From assembly GCF_004010195.1 (NCBI RefSeq), contig NC_057746.1, positions 26,556,070 to 26,620,069 of the forward strand: a DNA stretch of 64,000 nt, written 5' to 3'. A program made the position numbers and the translations under genes. The notes under the pieces are model-generated. The model saw nothing but the letters and a program-made list of their open reading frames with translations. It was not told the DNA's origin and did not search any database. Positions 1 to 11,269 of the stretch are shown here, one piece after another (position 1 is the first letter of the stretch; each line of letters begins with the position of its first letter). The stretch is from Chiloscyllium plagiosum (taxonomy: Eukaryota).

Positions 1-443
1 TAGGTCAAGAACAAAGCAGTTTCAATGGGACAAGAAATTGAAGTAGGAAGCAGGGTGGAGTTCAAGGTCAGATTTAATGGCAAAACAGAGATTTTGTTGA
101 TGAGGTATGGGCATCATTGATTGGCCCGGTATTCATTGCCCATTCCAAGTTGTCATCGAAAAGGTGGCGTTGAGCTGTTTTCTTAAACCACTGCTCCTCT
201 GAAATATACCCACACTGCTACTAGGGAGGGAGTTCCAAGATTTTTACCCAGCGACACTGAAGGAATGGCAGTATACTTCCAGAGCAGGATGGCGAGCAGA
301 TGGTGGTTTTCCTATGTATCTGCTGCCTTTATCCATCTAGCTGGAAGTGATCTTGGGTTTGGAAGGTGCTGCCAAAGAAGCACTGGTGAATCTTTGCAGT
401 GCATCATGCAGATGGCAACAGAAGTTTATTACCATGCCTCAGA

Positions 444-890
444 CTCATTCATTCCCACTCCGCCAAGGACATGCAGGTCCTTGGCCTCCTCCATTGCCAG
501 ACCCTGACCACACGACGCCTGGAGGAAGAGCGCCTCATCTTCCGCCTAGGAACCCTCCAACCACACGGGATGAGTGTAGATTTCTCCAGCTTCCTCATTT
601 CCCCTCCCCTCATCTTTTCTCAGTCGGCAACCCCCGGATTCAGCACCACCCTCTTGACCTGCAATCTTCTTCCCGACCTCTCCGCTCCCACCCCCTCTCT
701 GGCCTATCTACCTCACCCTCATCTTCTTCCACCTATCGTATTCCCAGCACCCCTCCCCCAAATCCCCTCCCACCTACCTTTTATCCCAGCCCGCCTGGCA
801 CACCAGCCTCATTCCTGAAGAAGGGCTCTTCTCCTGATCCTCGGATGCTGCCTGGCCTGCTGTGCTTTTCCAGCATCACATTTTTCAACT
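444..890 (+). mobile_element. Penelope-like element 3' fragment (GIY-YIG C-terminus + pLTR)
   Basis: SHSAKDMQVLGLLHCQT.TTRRLEEERLIFRLGTLQP.GM. Confidence 0.85.
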
Positions 891-1469
891 TAAAAGGATG
901 TACAGAATAGGTAAGATGATTATCCTAGAACCGGGAACACAATTAAAAAAATAAAGGGGAACGCCATTTAAATTGGAGAGGTGGAGGATTTTTTTAATTC
1001 AGAGGTTGTGAATTCTTTGGAATTCTCTCCCAAAAAAAGGGCCATGGAAACCCAGTCCTTGAGCATGTTTAAGGTAGGGATTGACAGATTTCTGGTTACC
1101 ATGGACTACAGGGTAATGGGGATGGGGCGAGTAAAAGGCATTGAAGTGTCTGATGAATTACAATCGCTTTGAAAGGTGGGGCAGGCCTGATAGGCTGAAA
1201 GGCCTGCTCCTGCTCCGGGGATCCTATTCGCAACAAGGCCTGAGACAATCATTCAGGCATTTATTGCAGCTGCCCACACCCCTCACCCTGAAGCTCTCAG
1301 ATCTAATCTGGCCCCCGGTCCAGCCCTGAATTTAAAGTTATCATCCTTGGTTTCAAACCTCTGGGCCTGACACACTCCCTACCTTAGTAACCTTCAGACG
1401 TCCCACAACCCCGTACACTCCTCTAGTGTTTGCCTCTGACTTTCATCACTCTACCACTGACAGCTATTT

Positions 1470-2110
1470 CATAGAACATAGAACGTTACAGCGCAGTAAC
1501 GATGGCGCTGTAACGTTCTATGTTTGGCCCTCGATGTTGCACAAACCTGTGAAATTAATCTGATGCCCATCTAACCTACCCTGTTCCATTATTATCCATA
1601 TGTATTTCCAATGCCCATTTAAATGCCCTTAAAGTTGTCAAGTCTACTACTATTGCAGGCAGGCCGTTCCACGCCACTACTACTCTCTGAGTGAAGAAAC
1701 TACCCCAAATATCTGTCCTAAATCTATCACCCCTCAATTTAAAGCTATGTCCCTTCATGTTAGCCTTCAGCATCCAAGGAAAAAAAGCTCTCACTGTACA
1801 CCCTATCTAACCCTCTGATTATCTTCTACATCTTGATTAAGTCACCTCTCAACCTTCTTCTCTCCAATGAAAACAGCCTCAGTTCACTCAGCCTTTCCTT
1901 GTAAGACCTTCTTCCCACACCAGGCAACATCCTAGTGAATCTCCTCTGAACCCTTTCCAAGACTTCCACATCTTTCATATAATGCGGTGACCAGAACTGC
2001 ATGCAATACTCCTGGTGTGGCATTACCAGTGTCTTGTACAGCTGAAGCATGATGTTGTAGCTCTGAAACTCAATCCCCCTACCAATAAACGCCATCACAC
2101 CATATGCCTT
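1470..2110 (-). mobile_element. CR1-clade LINE 3' fragment
   Basis: LYKTLV.P..EYCMQFWSP..RRLRGDLI; FFTQRVV.AWNGLP. Confidence 0.9.
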
Positions 2111-2319
2111 TCCCGCAGCTGCCCAGGTCCCAAGCTCTGGAATTCCTTTATCTAAACTGCTCCACGTTGGTCTGTCTTCCTTTAATAGGCTCCACATCCA
2201 TCAAGCTTTAAGAGTTTGTTTCAATCAGTAGTTTTGCACCTGCTTTGTATTTGTGCTAAAGTCAGTGGAAAGCAAAGTGGAACTTTGGTTAGTGCATGAG
2301 GGAAAAATGGGTAATAAAA

Positions 2320-2720
2320 AGTCCAGGTTTGAGAAGGCTTCCGTTCAGTAGCTGTTGGAGATGCTGGTTTGTGCCATGTTGCCTGTTGTTGTGTCATTTG
2401 CGGTTCTGGAGCCCAACTCCTAGCCTGGTGCAGTCTCAGCCACATCTGCTGCAGAGGAGGACAGCGCACTCAGAAGATGCAGGCTTTCCTGGCCTCTGTT
2501 TCCTCCAGGCCCTGAAATTGGCCATGCTGACCTTTCTGTTGATGCTCATTTCCCATTGCCTCTATGACGGTCAGCTCCCAGAATTCATGGACATCAGCAA
2601 TTATCTCTGAGCTGTCCACACTGATGTCTGCCATCTTTGTATCTCATTTGTAGATGTCCCTGTGGTGGACACTCAGGAGGTCACAACCCAGTGGCCAGTT
2701 TCCTGTTCAAAAGCTTTGTG
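2320..2720 (-). mobile_element. RTE-clade LINE 3' relic
   Basis: minus-strand D.KMADISVDS.E..W and CSRCG.DC..R.GL Zn-finger relics. Confidence 0.5.
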
Positions 2721-2930
2721 GGTTTCCTATGAATGTGTGTGTGCCAGTGCACATTGGCAATGGGATGTAAACACCAGCTTAGACCAATAGCCTTTTCCCA
2801 TGTTTTAAATTTGCTGTGAAATCAGGCAGACTGAAAATCAAGCTTCCAACCTGAGTCTGGGCCGGCTAAATCAGTTTTTTTCATTTCAGTTTCAGTAATC
2901 CTGAGTAAATGGTCTTTCATTGCTTTTCAG

Positions 2931-2972
2931 AGAAATACATGGAGTTTGACCTCAATGACCAGGGAGACATTG
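2931..2972 (+). CDS. AIF1: AIF1 (allograft inflammatory factor 1 / Iba1) internal coding exon (KYMEFDLNDQGDI)
   Basis: ttttcag acceptor, G|gtaagt donor, 42 nt. Translation matches the AIF1 EF-hand loop KYMEFDLNxxGDID. Upstream exons lie outside the window. Confidence 0.95.
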
Positions 2973-5009
2973 GTAAGTCTGACATTTCTCAGTTAACCCT
3001 GGGACACAGTGAAAGCATTTTGAACTCATTGCCTGTAGCTGACGTTCTGCTACTCGTCCATATTCCCAGAGAACAAACCTCAAGCTTAGAGAACTTTTCA
3101 TTTCAGAAAAAAAAAATTCACTTCTCGCTTTTCCCTGAGTCTCTCCAACTCCACTCGCAACCAGCCTGAAAGTTGACTTGGAAAATATTGGGATGTTGCC
3201 ACTGCCATCTCCCATTCCAAATCTGGACCTTTTCTTTCCAATTTGGAGTCTCCATTTGGCTCATCCTCTACTTTGGGAATGATGGAATGTGACAATACAC
3301 GAGGTGGCCATTCAGCCCCTCATGTCTGGAAGGACCATTGTGAAAGAGCCACTATCTATTTCCATTCCCTTCACCCTCACTTTCTCTGTCATCCTGCCAA
3401 TTATTCCTTTTTACCTATTTACCTGATTCCCTTTTGAAAGTTACATTTGGACCTGCTTCCACATCCCCCCATTAAGGCAATGCATTCCAGATTACAACAA
3501 CCCACAATGTCAGAGCAAAGTTCTCGTCGTTGCCCACCCTGAATTACTGGTTTAATTATCTTGTGTCCGTTGATGTTCTGTCAGTGGAAGGTTTCTTACT
3601 TTTCACTCGATCAAAATGCATCTCATCTCCAGTTCCAAAAGAGAAAGAGACCAATTGGCCCATCAAGAACATGCAATCTCAAAGGCCAAGTTGCTTGGTA
3701 CTCTTCTTACCCTTCTCCCTGTAACCCTGCACATTCTTCCTTCTGGGGTAGTAGTCTGTTTGCATCTCAAAAGCCTCGATGAAAACTTGCTCCGTCGCAC
3801 TCTCATCGAAGAACCTAAACACGTGCAGCAAGAAAACATTTATCCTCGTCTTGCCATCGCATTTGTTGCCTACAATTTTAAACTTCTGGCCTTTGGTTCT
3901 CGATCCCTCCACTAGTGGGAACTAGTTTTCTCCCTGCTGATTCTGTCCACACCCTTCATGATTTGTGAATCTCTATTCAATCTCATCTTAAGCAGCTCCT
4001 CGGGGACAGGGCTGACCCCCCACCAAGGTTGATTCTGTTTTGTTTCCTGATGAAGCTCTCGAATCTTTCCCTGAAAATTTGGAAGTCTGACACATTTTGC
4101 CAGGGCAAGGTCAGATGGGGAAAGGGTGGTTATGGTTCTGTTGCTGAAGGCCAACAGAGAGCTGGGTTTTTTTTGTGGTTGTGGTGGGATGGGTTCCATC
4201 GGTCTGGCAGCTTTTATGACCAATGGGTTACCCCGAGGCCAGAGTTTGGTCAAATTCCAAAGTCTTGAGCTTTGTCTCATGTGTCTGGCCTCATGGCTTT
4301 GGCCACACTGTGGCAGAGGCTGGCGAGCTTTAGTTATGAAGTGAGATTGGACAGACTGGCATTGTTTTCCTTGGAGCAGAGGAGGCTGAGGGGGATATGG
4401 TTGCGATGTATTAAAATTATTAGGGGTATAGATAGGGTAAACCATTAGATATAGGTGAGGGTGTAGGCCATTTGACCCCTGAGCCTGCTCCGCCATTCAA
4501 TAGGATCACGGCTGATCCGAAAGACAGGGGATAACTTTACCCCCTGATGGAGGGCATAGATCAATGGAAAGGGGCAGGTGGTTTACAGGGGATGTGAGGA
4601 TCCCAGAGGGTGGTGGGAATCTGGAACTCACTGCCTATAAGGGTAGTAGGGGCAGAAACCCTCATAACATGTAAGAAGTATTTAGATATGCACTTGCGAT
4701 TTCAAGGCTATGGACCAAATGTTGCAAATTTGGTTATGTGGTTGTTGTTGATGGATCAAAGGGTCTTTTTACATGCTTCACACCTCAATGGTATGATGGT
4801 CTAGGTGCCACAGACTGTGGGCAACCTGGCAGCTGAAGCAGAATCCCAATGTCTGGTCCATGTAGGCATCACCGGGAATAGTGACCACATGCAGTGATGA
4901 GGGCACTACCGAGGGGTGGCGGATATTGTGGGCAGATGAGAGATAAACTGTGTTGTTTCTACACCAAATCAAATCTTCGCTCTTCCCCCCTACCCACCCT
5001 CTTACTCAG

Positions 5010-5172
5010 ATATCATGGGACTGAAGAGAATGCTGGAGAAACTTGGCGCAGCCAAGACCCACCTGGAGCTGAAGAAAATGATCAAAGAGGTGGTGGGAGA
5101 CATGGGCGAGACCATCTCTTATTCAGCCTTCGTGAAGATGATGCTGGGAAAGCGGTCAGCCATCGCGAAAAT
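5010..5172 (+). CDS. AIF1: AIF1 internal coding exon ([54 protein letters not shown])
   Basis: ctcag acceptor, AT|gtaagt donor, 163 nt, in phase with neighbouring exons. DIDIM, MLEK and LELKK favour AIF1 over AIF1L. Confidence 0.96.
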
Positions 5173-5401
5173 GTAAGTCCTCCTTCAGACAGCAAGAGAG
5201 AGAGGGAAAAGGGGGAAAGGATGGGGTTTTATTTACATCAGAGCATGGCTCATGGGGGTGCTTGGGAGTGTGTGTGTGTGTTTTGTGTGTGCACATGTTT
5301 ATGTGTGTGTGTGTGAGAAAGAAAGAGACATGGTGTATGAATATGAAGCTGAGAATGTGTGTCAGTAAAAACTTGTCTTGTGCAGCAAAGGAAGACAAGC
5401 A

Positions 5402-5722
5402 GGCGGCACGGTGGCACAGTGGTTAGCACTGCTGCCTCACAGCGCCTGAGACCCGGGTTCAATTCCCGCCTCAGGCGACTGACTGTGTGGAGTTTGCACG
5501 TTCTCCCCGTGTCTGCGTGGGTTTCCTCCGGGTGCTCCGGTTTCCTCCCACAGTCCAAAAGATGTGCAGGGTCAGGTGAATTGGCCATGCTAAATTGCCC
5601 GTAGTGTTAGGTAAGGGGTAAATGTAGGGGTATGGGTGGGTTTCGCTTCGGCGGGTCGGTGTGGACTTGTTGGGCCGAAGGGCCTGTTTCCACACTGTAA
5701 TGTAATGTAATCTAATCTAATC
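5402..5722 (+). mobile_element. HE1-type V-SINE (tRNA-derived)
   Basis: A/B boxes, V-domain gtggagtttgcac..gggtttcctccgggtgctccggtttcctcccac, (TAATC)n tail. Confidence 0.92.
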
Positions 5723-5789
5723 AGAATCACATGACTTCCTTTATTACAACAACAATGACAACCCTCATCCATTTTCCAGGGGGAAATGG

Positions 5790-6116
5790 GGGAGGCGATG
5801 GCCTAGTGGTATTATCGCTGGACTGTTGAGCCAGGTCATGTTCTGGGGACCCAGGTCCAAATCCCACCATGGCAGATGGTGAACTTTGAATTCAACAAAA
5901 ATCTGGAATTAAGAGTTTAACGATGACGAGGAATCCACTGTTGGAAAAACCCATCTGGCTCACAAACGCTATCCTTACCTGTTCTGGTCTACATGTGACT
6001 CCAGACCCACAGCAATGTGGCTGACTCTTAACTGCCCTCTGTCTAATTAGGGATGGGCAATAAATGCTGGTCTAGCCAGCGACGCCCTCATCACATGAAC
6101 GAACAAAGAAAAAAAA
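5790..6116 (+). mobile_element. Second tRNA-derived SINE family (decayed copies ~47205-47390, 55620-55920, 57100-57450)
   Basis: tggcctagtgg A box; tail gatgggcaataaatgctgg shared with LINE 3' ends at ~22280 and, on the minus strand, ~110 and ~6250. Confidence 0.7.
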
Positions 6117-6929
6117 GTTCATTGAAAATCTTGGAGGTAGTTTAAATTGAACCTGTCTATTGAGAGTGCAGGTGAAGGAAACTGGGGATAGTGAGCGAAT
6201 GTCGTTGACAGGATTTTAAGTTTTATTCGTTCAAGACTTGTGAAAGTAGCTGTCAAGACCAGAATTTGTTACCCATGCCTAATTTCCCCGGGGAAGGTGT
6301 TTGTTGACCCACCACCTTGAATTCTCACAGTCTTTGGAGTATAGGGGCACCCATAACGCTTTTAGGAAAAGTCTTCCAGGATTTTGACCCAAAGACAGTG
6401 AAGCTGCGGTGATATATTTTGAAGCCAGGATGGTGTTTAACTTGGAGGGAAACTTCCGTGTAGTTGGGTTCTCATATATTTGCTGACCTTGTCCTTCTAG
6501 ATGGTCGAGATCACTAGTTTAAGAGGTGCTATGTAAGGAACCATGGTGAGTTACCTCAGTGCATGCTGTAGATGTACACAACCTTGGCCAGTGCACATCG
6601 ATAGTGAAGGGGAATGAATGTTGAAGGTGGTGGATGAGGTACTGATCTCACTGGGGGCTGATTTATCCTGGATGGTGTCCATCTTCTTGAGTGTTGTTGG
6701 AGCTCCACTATCCGAGCATGTGACAAGTGTCCAGCACATTCCTGACATGTGCCTTGTGTCAGTGAACAGAATTCAGGCAGAGAGGAGGTGAGACACTGGC
6801 TCCAGAATCCTCAGCCTCTCACCTGTTCCTGGATACACAGTATTTAAATAGCTGGTCAAGTTCAGTTCTTGATCAATGGTAACTTGCTGGATATTGATAG
6901 TGGGGAATTCAGCGATGGTAATACCATTG

Positions 6930-7088
6930 CCGGAGGAATCATCACAGAAGCACTTCACAGGAGGCTCCCAAGCACTAAGGATGTCACCTAGACAGGGGAC
7001 GAAACATCTGCAACACAAATTCCCAGCTCGGCGAACAGAACCACAACAACGAGCACCCGAGCTACAAATCTTCTCACAAACTTTGAAT
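6930..7088 (+). mobile_element. Penelope pLTR, third family, with decayed hammerhead
   Basis: gca-CT(A)AGGA-tgtc..gac-GAAAC-(A)TC-tgc. Confidence 0.55.
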
Positions 7089-8027
7089 ACCATTGAATGC
7101 CAACTTCACCACTCAGTTTACATCTCACCCTGACTATCTGCTAAAGTCAACAAAGAAAGTATAAAATACGTTTTAAATCACAAAGCCAATTTATTGTGCC
7201 CGTGACTAATCCAATTTTAAATGACATTTTCAGAAATAGCTTGTGAGCGGACACAGCATATTGCCTGGTGATCTTAAAACTCATTTGAAGATCACTTACA
7301 TCTGTGTCAGGTGAAACTTCAAGCCTATGGGTCAGCTACTCCAGGGTGCAGGCTATTTTCTCCCTGTGAGGATTTGGGCACCTTGCCAACTGGTGATATA
7401 GTTGAAATGTATGAAGGTGGATCCATCATTCATTCAAGGGTGAGGCACGAGTACAGGAAGCTTATAACAACTCTTATCGCAAAGGCTTCATTCTCACTTT
7501 CTAGCTTTCAGGTAGCCTTGGAATAAACTCTCAGAGTGCTTTGTTGCTCTCTACAGGACCAAAGTTTGCAATTCAAATACATTGTATCAAACAGTGCTGT
7601 ACCTGCCCTGACAGAACAGTGCGGAACAGCTTTACTCTGTATCTAACCCTGTGCTACACATGTCCTGTGTGAGTTTGATGGAGCAGTGCAGAGGGAGTTC
7701 TAACACTGTTCTATATCTATCCTGAAGGTATTTGATGAAACAGTGTACAGGAGCTGTACCTGCCCTGACAGAACAGTGCGGAACAGCTTTACTCTATATC
7801 CAACACTGTGCTGAACGTGCCCCGTGTGTGTTTGATAGGATAGTGCAAAGTGTGGTTTAATCTATATCTAGCTCTGTGCTATACCTACCTTGTATATGCT
7901 TGATTGGGAAGTAAAGAGAGAGCTTTACTTTGCATTTAATCTGCAATGCATCTGTCCTGGGAGTGTTTGATGGGGACAGTGTAGAGTGAGCCTTACTGTC
8001 TACCTGACTTCTTCTGTATCTGACTTC

Positions 8028-8483
8028 TTCTCCCCCTCCCACTCCACCAAGGATATGCAGGTCTTTGGACTCCTCCATCGCCAGACCACAACAACATGAC
8101 GGTTGGAGGAAGAGCGCCTCATCTTCCGCCTAGGAACCCTCCAACCACAAGGGATGAACTCGGATTTCACCAGTTTCCTCATTTCCCCTCCCCCACTTTG
8201 TCTCAGTCAAATCATCGAACTCAGCACCGCCTTCCTAACCTTAAATCTTCTTCCTGACCTCTCCGCCCCCACCCCAGTCTGACCTATCACCCTCACCTTG
8301 ACCTCTTTCCACCTATCGCATTTCCAACGCCCCTCCCCCAAGTCCCTCCTCCCTACCTTTTATCTTAGCCTGGTGGACACACTTTCCTCATTCCTGAAGA
8401 AGGGCTTATGCCTGAAACGTCGATTCTCCTGTTCCCTGGATGCTGCCTGACGTGCTACGGTGTTCCAGCAACACATTTTCAGT
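8028..8483 (+). mobile_element. Penelope-like element fragment in the last AIF1 intron
   Basis: near-identical to 53788-54363 (reverse strand). Confidence 0.88.
8390..8425 (+). ncRNA. Minimal hammerhead ribozyme motif, sense to AIF1
   Basis: CUGAAGA-A-GGGC-UUAU-GCCU-GAAA-C-GUC. Confidence 0.5.
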
Positions 8484-8661
8484 TCTTCTGTACCTGCCCT
8501 TGGAGTGTTTAACATGGGGTGTACAGAAGATAAAGTATTTTCTTCATCACCTTTCGTGATGTATGGGCAAAGTCAAGGAATGGTGTGTGTGTTTGTGTGT
8601 GTGTGTTACCTAAGCCCTAAGCTGAAATGACAACTAGCTCATGCCTTCTCTTTTTGCACAG

Positions 8662-8746
8662 AATCTTGTTGTATGAAGAGAAAGCAAAAGAACCTGAGAA
8701 ACCCACTGGACATCCAACAAAGAAAACCTTCAGCGACCTCCCATAA
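8662..8746 (+). CDS. AIF1: AIF1 last coding exon (ILLYEEKAKEPEKPTGHPTKKTFSDLP*)
   Basis: tttttgcacag acceptor, phase 2, ends in TAA. Matches the AIF1 C-terminus YEEKA..EKPTG.P.KK..S.LP. Confidence 0.95.
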
Positions 8747-10359
8747 TCCTCTTCTTTGCCAATGTTAATGCGAGATGATCATCTGACACCTCCCACCCTA
8801 TATGCCCTCTATTGTCAAGATTGTTTCATTCCACCTTTGTACCACCAGTGCCCACTTCCGCTCATCTGCTGCTGAAGTCCTCATTCGTGTTTTCTGTACC
8901 TACAGGGTTGACTACTCCATGGCCGACGTGCCATAGTCAAAACTCTGTAAGGTCGAACCCATCTAAAACTCTGCTGTACTGTTCCTATCTTGTACAATGT
9001 CATGTTCACCCATCACCATACTGTGTTCACTGAGTCCCACTGGCTTTTGGCATGGTAGTGACTGGATTCTTTAGCTTCTCATTCTTGTTTTAAATCCATC
9101 TGAGGTTTTGCCTCTGTCTATATCTCTATCATGTGTTCCAGCCATTGAGCCCTGCACCTGGCTAATTCTGACCTCTTGTATACGCCCAATTTTCTGTGCC
9201 CAACATTGGTGGCTGTGTCTTCAGCCGCCTGGGCCTTACGCTGTAGATGTACGAAGGAAACTGTCCACCTGAAACAGGTAACAGTGTGTACCCTAGAGCC
9301 TCAGCCTAATCAGAGTGCAATCAGCCATTTTGATGACCATGAAACAAAAGTTTCCTGATAATTAACAATGGAGTTGGAACTGAGGTAAGGAAAATGTTTT
9401 CACACCATAGTGTTCAAATGTGAGATATACACTCCCAGACAGTGTAGTAGAAACAGAATCGATAGTAATTCTATAAAGGAAATTGGGTAAAGAGCTTGGC
9501 AAGGAAAACATTGGCAGCACTATGGGTGAATTACAGTGTAAGTTTTTAAAGGGTCTTTCGATAATTCAGGTCAATTCAATTTGCTTGAGTTCACTTAATT
9601 TAAAAATCTAGAGTTAACCTTTTCAAACTGCAGTGCTCAAGTTCAACAGAGATATACCATCAGTAAAGTTTAGGATATTGAGTTAATGCATAATATCAAA
9701 TTTTATTCAGTAAAATTGAGTAAAAGGTGTGCTCATATAACAACAGAAGATACTTAGGTAATCAGCAAATGACACAAAGTTATATCCATTAGAAATGCAA
9801 GATGGAGATCAATACTAGACCCAAATTCCACCTCACAGACAGAAAACCTCTCCCGCCCTTGAGGTAAAATGTCTTCAAGTTGGCAGAAAGTTCCTGATTA
9901 ACTATTCCCAAAAACTGCCCTCACTTCGGTTGATCCAAATCACAGTCCGAGCCATGAACAATCTAACTGTCCTCAGGTTATACGGAGAGCTCAGAAACAA
10001 GGCGCTTGGAATCCTCCTTTTATACATATTTAAGGATTAACCTCCCTTCAATAAAGGAATTGAATTTGTGAATAAAGTGGTGAAGATCCATTTGATTGGA
10101 TCTTGTCCTCTCAATCATCTTAAACATGAGGAACTTTGATTCGTACGTGTCCCAAAATTCTGATCCCAAGAATCAAAACGTATTAGTATTAAATGGCATG
10201 TTGGAAAAAGTCTCTGAAATGTCCAATTAAGGCAACAAAATCTTAAAACTAACATTCTAAACCCTGGTCTGCTTATAGCAGGTTGCAGGGTAACTGGATC
10301 TGGCTCATTCAACAAGATGGCATGGACAATGTGGGTCAATTGACTTCCTTCTACACTCT

Positions 10360-10580
10360 ACAGTCTGTCCCTGATTTCCTTGTCATTATTTATCCCTCCA
10401 TCAACATCAGAAGCAGATGATCTGGTCATTAACTCAGTGCTGCTTGTGAGAGCTTGCTGCGAATGCATTGACTGCATCACAACTGTGACTACACTGGCAA
10501 GCTGAATTTCATCGCTGTGAAGGTCTTATGGACATCCTGAGATTGTGACAGGCACCAGAGAATGCACTTTCTTCCTTTTC
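10360..10580 (+). mobile_element. Deu-domain (AmnSINE1/SacSINE1-like) SINE relic
   Basis: cagatgatctggtcatt..gcttgctg..gtgactacact..gacatcctgag..gtga.aggc. Confidence 0.55.
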
Positions 10581-10882
10581 GACGAGGGAGCAGAGTTTAT
10601 ATTTGTATGAGAGAGATTTCAGAATGGCAGATTATCACCGAAAGCTTGGGGAATTCTACATTCCAGTGATTTCCTATCTATGAATACCAGTTATTGGAAA
10701 AATGAGCATTTCCACAGTAAAAGACTATTGGAAACCTTGCATTTCATTTTGTTGCTGTCCTTGCTTAAACTCCTCCTGGCTCCTCCAAGGGACTAAAGTT
10801 ATTGGATGAAAGCTGATAATCCAGGTTCCCATTGAAAGATTGGAACTGCTCTGTTGATACAGGGTCATTTTAAGAGTTTTGA

Positions 10883-11195
10883 AGATTAGATTCCCTACAG
10901 TATTGAAACAGGTCTTTCGGCCCAACAAGTCCACACTGACCCTCCGAAAAGTAACCCACCCAGTCCCATTCCCCACATTTACCCCGACTAATGCACCCAA
11001 AACTATGGGCAATTTAGTATGGCCAATTCACCTAACCTGCACGTCTTTGGATTGTGGGAGGAAACCAGCGTAAACCCACACAGACATGGGGAAAACATGC
11101 AAACTCCACACAAACAGTCACTCGATGCTGGAATCGAACCAGGTCCCTGGCACTGTGAGGCAGCAGGGCTAACCACTGAGACACTGTGCCACCCC
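10883..11195 (-). mobile_element. HE1-type V-SINE, older (further copies at 20125-20460 +, 41850-42160 -, partial 11325-11560 and 40710-40875)
   Basis: diverged V-domain and tail. Confidence 0.85.
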
Positions 11196-11269
11196 ACATG
11201 TGGTTCAAACAACAAATGGTCTGCTAGCCCTGACTACAGCACAGAAAGAAAGAGGTCTTGCTTCAGTTG

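Larger units (their letters stand above)
7592..8530. repeat. Degenerate ~65-70 bp tandem minisatellite, interrupted by a Penelope insertion
   Basis: recurring gtgctgtacctgccctgggagtgtttgatgg.acagtgtagag.gagctttactctgtatctaacc. Confidence 0.8.

Noticed and set aside
347-910. Long ORF-track entries (347-910, 3912-4496, 25616-26149, 29371-29782)
   Set aside because: They derive from Penelope/CR1 fragments, low-complexity DNA or microsatellites, with no independent coding signal.
5402-5470. tRNA genes, or RSS heptamers (CACAGTG)
   Set aside because: These are tRNA-derived heads of HE1 SINEs, repeated in every copy.
7592-8010. CRISPR-like array
   Set aside because: Vertebrate DNA; degenerate tandem units without unique spacers.
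2931-8746. AIF1L instead of AIF1
   Set aside because: Diagnostic residues (DIDIM, MLEK, YEEKA, EKPTG) and the NCR3-like neighbour favour AIF1.
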